A DNA stretch of 24,291 bases. Source: a virus (Duplodnaviria > Caudoviricetes). The stretch is from IMG/VR virus record IMGVR_UViG_3300005805_000482, positions 1 through 24,291 of that record; one strand, given 5' to 3'. Below, in pieces: positions 18,675 through 24,291 of this stretch. The stretch's first letter is position 1; the number at the start of each line of letters is the position of its first letter. The position numbers were made by a program, and so were the translations under genes. The notes beneath the pieces were generated by a model. That model was not told the origin of the DNA. It did not search any database and worked only from the letters and a program-made list of their open reading frames with translations.

Positions 18675-19708
18675 AGATAAGTTTCTAATTCACCGCGACG
18701 ACGGATGTCTTGTGTGCAACAACTGATACCACCGTCCCAGAAGTAACTGTGTCGTAACTCACTTATGATAGGTTCTATCCGGTGACGGCGGCAGTAGTCA
18801 AACACTTCCTTGTTGTAAGCACTGAATATCACATGCGACTCATCCAACACAAGGCAATTGACATCAAACACAGTCTCAGCAACAAATCCAGTCCACTTGG
18901 TTAAATAAGTATTGACAAATTCTGTGAACTCAGGTGTGGGTGTTTGTCCTTGCACATACCAAGAACCTGGACTCTGTTCATACTTGAATTTGCCAACTTC
19001 CATGGCAGCCCAGATTGAACTATCCCAAATCTTGCAAACATCCCAGCCAGGAAAGTCACGTGCTAGGTTTAGGTTAACATCGTGCTTTGAACTCAACAGC
19101 ACACCAGGCTTTAGTATAGCAAACACAGCATCGCCGTGTCCGTCAGTGACAGCCTCATGAATGCGATATTCAGGACCCAACACATTGTCCACAATCCAGC
19201 GAGTTTGATCTGGACGCAAGTAGTTTGAGTTGTCAAAGAACACATCTCTGCCCACACGCACAATACAACTTGCTGATGACCCATTTAGGATACAGTTTTG
19301 GTCCCATCCTGTGGGCCCATGTGGATTGATCACAGTACCGCCGGCCTGCATGTACTCATTGCATAAACCGTCTAATTCTTGTATAGCCAGTACACGCAAT
19401 AACTTATCGCCTAGTGTGATCTGCCAGTCTCTTGGTGTGAGTGGAGGTAGTGGCACACCACTGCCATGCATTTGACTTTGTTGAAAATGATGTTTGTTGG
19501 GCAACTTGGGTCTGCGCACCTGAGATCCATAAGTCTCAATGATCTTTTGCAAGTTGGTTAAATCTTCTTCAGTTTCGGCAAGAATTTGTTGCAATTGATT
19601 ACGAACTTGTGCATTTTCAACAAAGTCAAAATAGTCTGGAGTGTATGCACGACCAACAATGACTTCTTCCAGTGGTTGCCAGCTGGTGTATGAATTAATA
19701 ATTTTCAT
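18671..19708 (-). CDS. Amidinotransferase family protein, second paralog
   Basis: AAGGA RBS. NSYTSWQPLEEVIVG, TPRD, GHGDA, VNCLVLD, WDGGISCCTQD. Confidence 0.82.
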   Translation of the reverse strand: MKIINSYTSWQPLEEVIVGRAYTPDYFDFVENAQVRNQLQQILAETEEDLTNLQKIIETYGSQVRRPKLPNKHHFQQSQMHGSGVPLPPLTPRDWQITLGDKLLRVLAIQELDGLCNEYMQAGGTVINPHGPTGWDQNCILNGSSASCIVRVGRDVFFDNSNYLRPDQTRWIVDNVLGPEYRIHEAVTDGHGDAVFAILKPGVLLSSKHDVNLNLARDFPGWDVCKIWDSSIWAAMEVGKFKYEQSPGSWYVQGQTPTPEFTEFVNTYLTKWTGFVAETVFDVNCLVLDESHVIFSAYNKEVFDYCRRHRIEPIISELRHSYFWDGGISCCTQDIRRRGELETYL

Positions 19709-20849
19709 TAATTTCCTTAATCAAGTTATTTAAACGTTGACTCTTATTGGCAAGAAACAACTGTTGATTGTGCTCAATATCTTTTCTGCACAGTTCAAAT
19801 AGTTGTGGTAGATCTTGTTGAGTAAAATAGATAGATCTAGTCAACAGCCTCCAACGTCGTGTGGCGTCAAGTTCTAGATCATAACTGTTGTCCAACACTG
19901 AATCAAACACACGATAACCTAGTTCACGTAATACCTGTAAACTGCCTGCAGCGCCGGCGATGAAAAACATTTGTCCGTGTTTGATAGGCTTGAATGTTTT
20001 TTCAGTCAAGAACGCACCACCTTGTCCAATATCAAAATGTGTTTCCATCACAATGTTGCAATAACTGTTAACGTGATATTTTGGCACCAGTGTGCTATGA
20101 TTGTTTATTTGATTGAAATCTAATTCGTCACTAATGTATGGTGCTAGTTGCAAAAACTTTTCTGTTCTTGTACGCAATCCTGCAATAGCATCAATTTGTA
20201 TTGCACAATCTGCATCCACAAACTCACCTGACTCGCAATAACTCCAGTATGAATTATCTAGTATTCCATTGTGCTTTAAATCGGTCATAGCTAATGCACG
20301 CCATGATTTGTGCAATCTATTAAGCACAGTAAAATCACGTTGTCTTGGTTCAGTGTGTATCTTTAGTGCGGGCGACGCCCGGTTGCGTTGGTAATACCAA
20401 AGTTCAAAGTCTGCAAAGTAAACAAAGTTTGGTAATGTTTGAGCAACAATGTTGCCACTAACAAACACATAACAATTTTTGTGTAGTCTGTGGTTACTGC
20501 ACAATGTGTCTAGTCGTTGTTTAATTTCTACTGGGTTGTCACCTTCGTGATAATAAAACAATATTTTTAAAGAACCACTTGATACATTAGCAAGCACATC
20601 TTTGGGTAACAATTCAAAATAGTCTATAGAGAATTCAAAAAATCCTAATCCAATTGGGTAAAAACTTTTAGGGGGAAAATCATTGATACTGTAGATGTAT
20701 AACGGTACACCGTGTTGAATACAGTATGTGTGAAGCCTTAAAGGCACAGTATACGGCCAGCAACGATCAAAGTTACAATCATGTGTTTGTATTAACGCAG
20801 GATGTATTTTACCGTTGACTGTTCGGTCCGCTATCAAATTCAATGGCAT
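19695..20849 (-). CDS. Putative glycosyltransferase (GT-B/GT10-like TEK motif family)
   Basis: AGGAG RBS. FTVLNRLHKSWR and CNIVMETHF...FLTEKTFKPIKHGQMF...GYRVFDSVLDNSYD. Confidence 0.5.
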   Translation of the reverse strand: MPLNLIADRTVNGKIHPALIQTHDCNFDRCWPYTVPLRLHTYCIQHGVPLYIYSINDFPPKSFYPIGLGFFEFSIDYFELLPKDVLANVSSGSLKILFYYHEGDNPVEIKQRLDTLCSNHRLHKNCYVFVSGNIVAQTLPNFVYFADFELWYYQRNRASPALKIHTEPRQRDFTVLNRLHKSWRALAMTDLKHNGILDNSYWSYCESGEFVDADCAIQIDAIAGLRTRTEKFLQLAPYISDELDFNQINNHSTLVPKYHVNSYCNIVMETHFDIGQGGAFLTEKTFKPIKHGQMFFIAGAAGSLQVLRELGYRVFDSVLDNSYDLELDATRRWRLLTRSIYFTQQDLPQLFELCRKDIEHNQQLFLANKSQRLNNLIKEINENY

Positions 20850-21996
20850 TCAACATCTCCTGAAATTCTTTCCACAGCACAGCCTCAAACCCACCATTGT
20901 AAAAATGATTCCAATTGTGTTCTATAATTTCCCATGCACCTTCGAATATGTCTTGGCGATGTTCTTCTAGTCCATCCAACAGTTTTAATACCTGTGCAAT
21001 CTTTTCTATTCGTTTTGAATCATCGGGTTCATCATCGTAACTTTCGTCCCACAAGTCGCCAAACGTCTTGAATCCATAACTGCGCAAGTACCTCAAACTG
21101 CCTTGTGTGCCCACAATCACAAAGGGCATGCCCAGGGCAATAGGCTTAAAAGTCTTTTCAGTCAAATGATGTCTGCGCCCTGTGGCCACAGTTTCAGTCA
21201 CCAAGTATAATAGACTTTCGGCTGATTGATAAAATAAATCTAGCCAGCAAGATTGCATGGGGTGATCGGTTTCATTTTTAAAACTTATGGGCAAAGATTG
21301 ATGTGCAAACACTGTTTTAATATCGGGATACTGAGATTCGAGTGGCTGTATGGCATCCAATATGGTAATATTTTCTGCAGGACATACTGCCGGGCATGAT
21401 ATATGATTGTTGGTCATACCCAGTTGGAATATCCAATACAGCATTTTTAATCGATGCTGGCGTTCTCCTGCCACAATACGATTTGGTGCCAAAAATGTCT
21501 TGTTGATAGTTCTTTGTGTCCACGGCTGGATTAAAAAAGTTTTATCATACCCACGATACCAATCCAATGCTGCCCATCCGTGAAAAAAGTAGTAGTAACT
21601 CCTCCATCCAAACTTTTCACATACTGCATTCACAGTTTCACTGTCACGTTCGCTGGTAATGATTGAACCAACTCGTCGGTTAGTATTTAATGGTTTGTCA
21701 TAGCCAGCATCGAGTGCTAGTTGATTTAAACGATTATGGTTATAACATAAAAAATGCAGTTCTTCATTTTTTTCTATAACAGATTCAAATGTGGGCATAT
21801 GTATGCTCAAATGAATAGGCTCTTGATCCCATAATAGTGTATAATTGTGTTCCACTATATCATTGCTACCATAATTAACTAGACTGTCGGGATCAGTTTG
21901 ACCAAATGGTTCGCACCACCATAATCTGACACCAGGATGATGACGTTTGAACCAAGGCCAAATAGTATTTTCATAAATTTCATCTATTCTAATCAT
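20809..21996 (-). CDS. Putative glycosyltransferase (GT-B/GT10-like TEK motif family)
   Basis: FLAPNRIVAGERQHR and LYLVTET...LTEKTFKPIALGMPF...GFKTFGDLWDESYD. Confidence 0.5.
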   Translation of the reverse strand: MIRIDEIYENTIWPWFKRHHPGVRLWWCEPFGQTDPDSLVNYGSNDIVEHNYTLLWDQEPIHLSIHMPTFESVIEKNEELHFLCYNHNRLNQLALDAGYDKPLNTNRRVGSIITSERDSETVNAVCEKFGWRSYYYFFHGWAALDWYRGYDKTFLIQPWTQRTINKTFLAPNRIVAGERQHRLKMLYWIFQLGMTNNHISCPAVCPAENITILDAIQPLESQYPDIKTVFAHQSLPISFKNETDHPMQSCWLDLFYQSAESLLYLVTETVATGRRHHLTEKTFKPIALGMPFVIVGTQGSLRYLRSYGFKTFGDLWDESYDDEPDDSKRIEKIAQVLKLLDGLEEHRQDIFEGAWEIIEHNWNHFYNGGFEAVLWKEFQEMLNAIEFDSGPNSQR

Positions 21997-24001
21997 GTTT
22001 GACGTGTTTTATTTCAGCGATGGGCGTAAGCCAAATTTGTTCACACACGAGAGATCGGTGGATTCATTCCAGCATGCACAGAAATTGAGCCGCACACGAT
22101 TCTTCTGGATTGTACACTACTTAGCAGATTACAATGATTGGGATTTTCTTTGGGAACCCCCACCTTGGCAAGCTGATCAACGACATGCATGGCCCAGTCA
22201 ATGGCAACCAGATTCTGGGACGTACCTTGTGCCACGTGCTGGCTATGAACACACAAACTATCATGAGGATCGCGCAATAACAAGGCTCGGCAGTCGCGAT
22301 GGTTGGCATATACCCCCAAACATAGATGCAGACAGTTTTGACTTCTCTTGGCATGCCTTGCCCAGCGAGCAGTACCAACATCACTTCGGCACCCAATGGC
22401 AATCAGCAGGTGGACCTGTGTACAATTCAAGTGCTGATTCAGTCAAACTAGAAACTGTTCAACATGCTGTTGCACTACCCACCAACAAGCCTTGGACTGT
22501 GCCTGCAGGAGTTGAGCCAGTGGACCAATCGTGGCATCCAAATCCGTTTGATCCACCGTACATCTATCAGTTTGGCACACAGCATCAACGCACAGGTGGG
22601 CCAGTATACACAGTACCCGGTGCCACAGACGTCAAATACGTGGATCAAATACATGCCACAACCAACAGAGTGGCCACTGCCATCTACGAAATAGATCACT
22701 TGTGTGGCAATACTGGCAAGATTGCTAACACCACAAAGACTGTAAGATACTTTGACAACTACAGAGACACGCTAATACGCATTGCAAAGAGCATAGGTAC
22801 CGAACATGAGTTCGTTTGGATATGCAGCAGTATCTGTGATTACACTGACTTTGACTTTTCGTGGCATCCTGAACAGTGGCAGGCTACAATGTTGCACGTG
22901 TTTGCCAGCAACGAACAAAAGTTTGGTGACACCTTCTTCATGCATGTGCCCACATTTGCTGCCAGAGCAGAAAAGAAAGCACTGTTGGAATGGTATGACG
23001 TGAACTTTGTCAAGACCGCTGTACCACGCAGACCCATGCCTGTTATACTTCATGATGGTGACAGTCAAGTTGATGCGGTTAAAACCGCTGAGTGGGCAGG
23101 GCCATTAGCCACATTTACCAACTACAATTATGTGCCTGGAAACCTGGCCACTGTACCACTGTGGCGTGAAGAAACCAAGACCATTATGCCTGTCAGCAAC
23201 GGTGCTGGCTCAGTTGTTGTTCCAAGAGCTGCTGTGCCTTACATAAAGACACAGTTGTATGACTATCCCTACATAGACCGAACACAGCGCATATTGCAAG
23301 ACTCAGTGTTGGACATTGTGTTCATATCCAACGGTGAAATAAATGCTGGGGTTTATCTTGAACATTTGCAATGGACTAAAAATTCAACCCGTGTTGCAGC
23401 AAACCAAATACACCATGTGTCAGGCGTCAACGGACGTGTGGCAGCATATCAAGAGGCAGCCAAGCACAGTCGCACACCTTGGTTCTTTGCTGTGTTTGCC
23501 AAACTAGAAGTAACTGCGGATTTTGACTGGTCATGGCAACCGGATCGCATGCAACAGCCCAAACACTATATCTTTCACGCACACAATCCTGTCAACGGAT
23601 TGGTATATGGACACCAGGCCATGATTGCATACAATAAAAAGTTGGTGTTGGAGAACACAGGTGCGGGATTAGACTTTACACTGGATCAATCACATGAAGT
23701 TGTACCCATTGTATCCGGCACAGCCATGTATCATGAGTCTGATTGGATGTGCTGGCGCACTGCATTCCGTGAAGTGCTCAAACTCAAGGCCAGTTTACCC
23801 GATGTGGAAAGCGAGCATAGACTCAATCGTTGGCTCACTGTTGATACCACAGACGGGCAATGGAGTCGCAAAGGTGCAGAGGACGGTGTGGAGTACTATG
23901 ACTCAGTTGGCGGTGACTTTGCGGCACTGAAAAAGAGTTATGAGTGGGAGTGGTTGGCCACGTATGCGTTTGTTAAACGATCTCTAACAACTGATCAATG
24001 A
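21995..24001 (+). CDS. Multi-module glycosyltransferase-like protein with internal FDFSWxP repeats; C-terminal domain paralogous to 4097-5023
   Basis: Five (F/W/V)D(F/W/Q)(S/L)W repeats. C-terminal DIVFISNGE...VSGVNGRVAAYQEAA...NPVNGLVYGH...WRTAFREVLKL aligns by eye with the 4097 GT. Confidence 0.6.
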   Translation: MFDVFYFSDGRKPNLFTHERSVDSFQHAQKLSRTRFFWIVHYLADYNDWDFLWEPPPWQADQRHAWPSQWQPDSGTYLVPRAGYEHTNYHEDRAITRLGSRDGWHIPPNIDADSFDFSWHALPSEQYQHHFGTQWQSAGGPVYNSSADSVKLETVQHAVALPTNKPWTVPAGVEPVDQSWHPNPFDPPYIYQFGTQHQRTGGPVYTVPGATDVKYVDQIHATTNRVATAIYEIDHLCGNTGKIANTTKTVRYFDNYRDTLIRIAKSIGTEHEFVWICSSICDYTDFDFSWHPEQWQATMLHVFASNEQKFGDTFFMHVPTFAARAEKKALLEWYDVNFVKTAVPRRPMPVILHDGDSQVDAVKTAEWAGPLATFTNYNYVPGNLATVPLWREETKTIMPVSNGAGSVVVPRAAVPYIKTQLYDYPYIDRTQRILQDSVLDIVFISNGEINAGVYLEHLQWTKNSTRVAANQIHHVSGVNGRVAAYQEAAKHSRTPWFFAVFAKLEVTADFDWSWQPDRMQQPKHYIFHAHNPVNGLVYGHQAMIAYNKKLVLENTGAGLDFTLDQSHEVVPIVSGTAMYHESDWMCWRTAFREVLKLKASLPDVESEHRLNRWLTVDTTDGQWSRKGAEDGVEYYDSVGGDFAALKKSYEWEWLATYAFVKRSLTTDQ

Positions 24002-24290
24002 CATACTCAACTTCCAAGTCTGTTAGTTCGGGGTAGATAGGTAGGCTCAAACATCTACGTGCTAGACTGCTGCCGGCACTGAGCAAGTCTGGACTGGGAT
24101 AATGTTGATATGCTGGTAACTCGTGCATGGGTGTTGGGTAGTGTACTTTGGTTTCAACACCACGCAAGGCAAGATTGCGTTGTACAATGTCTCGATTGTC
24201 CACATGAATCACAAACTTGTGAAAACAGTGCTCATCAAAATTGTTGCTGTCAATCAAACAAGTGATCCAAGGTTTGTGTTTCAACATCTC
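23973..24290 (-). CDS. DegT/DnrJ/EryC1/StrS family PLP-dependent sugar aminotransferase, C-terminal part (start lies beyond the window)
   Basis: HCFHKFVI...RD...L..RGVETKVHYPTPMHELPAY...CLSLPIYPELTDLEVEYVI is the typical family C-terminus. Frame is open to the window end. Confidence 0.85.
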   Translation of the reverse strand, partial: EMLKHKPWITCLIDSNNFDEHCFHKFVIHVDNRDIVQRNLALRGVETKVHYPTPMHELPAYQHYPSPDLLSAGSSLARRCLSLPIYPELTDLEVEYVIDQLLEIV

Positions 24291-24291
24291 C

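Noticed and set aside
15720-19708. Saxitoxin-like cluster (carbamoyltransferase, PFIY peptide, SGNH enzyme, amidinotransferase)
   Set aside because: No SxtA-like PKS or other core sxt genes are present. These families are widespread and the context is dominated by glycosyltransferases.
22006-22034. Minus-strand TTGGCT-N17-TAAAAC as promoter for the 21996 gene
   Set aside because: The -10 box lacks the conserved final T; too weak to call without start-site data.
1-24291. CRISPR arrays, tRNAs, introns/inteins, transposases, stop-codon recoding
   Set aside because: Almost no non-coding space, no nucleotide repeat arrays seen, enzyme lengths are unremarkable, and ORFs tile fully under the standard code.

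Overview
Fragment of what looks like a large tailed dsDNA bacteriophage genome (Shine-Dalgarno sites, a sigma70-type promoter, virion fibre genes, near-total coding density). It begins with two Thr/Gly/Asn-rich virion structural genes (1-1869) and a 55-bp spacer holding a hairpin and a probable leaderless promoter. From 1925 to the window end there is no intergenic base. This 22-kb block of modifying enzymes contains five radical SAM proteins with an N-terminal SPASM/Twitch-like Cys module, two amidinotransferases, a NodU/CmcH carbamoyltransferase, an FkbM methyltransferase, an SGNH-type hydrolase, the 3' end of a DegT/DnrJ/StrS aminotransferase, about seven glycosyltransferase-like genes from three families, several hypotheticals and an uncalled 33-aa ORF. 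The enzyme set parallels amino-sugar/aminocyclitol tailoring chemistry and suggests a phage-encoded glycan hypermodification system whose substrate is unknown. Family calls come from motifs read by eye; no database search was run. No RNA genes, CRISPR arrays or mobile elements were seen.
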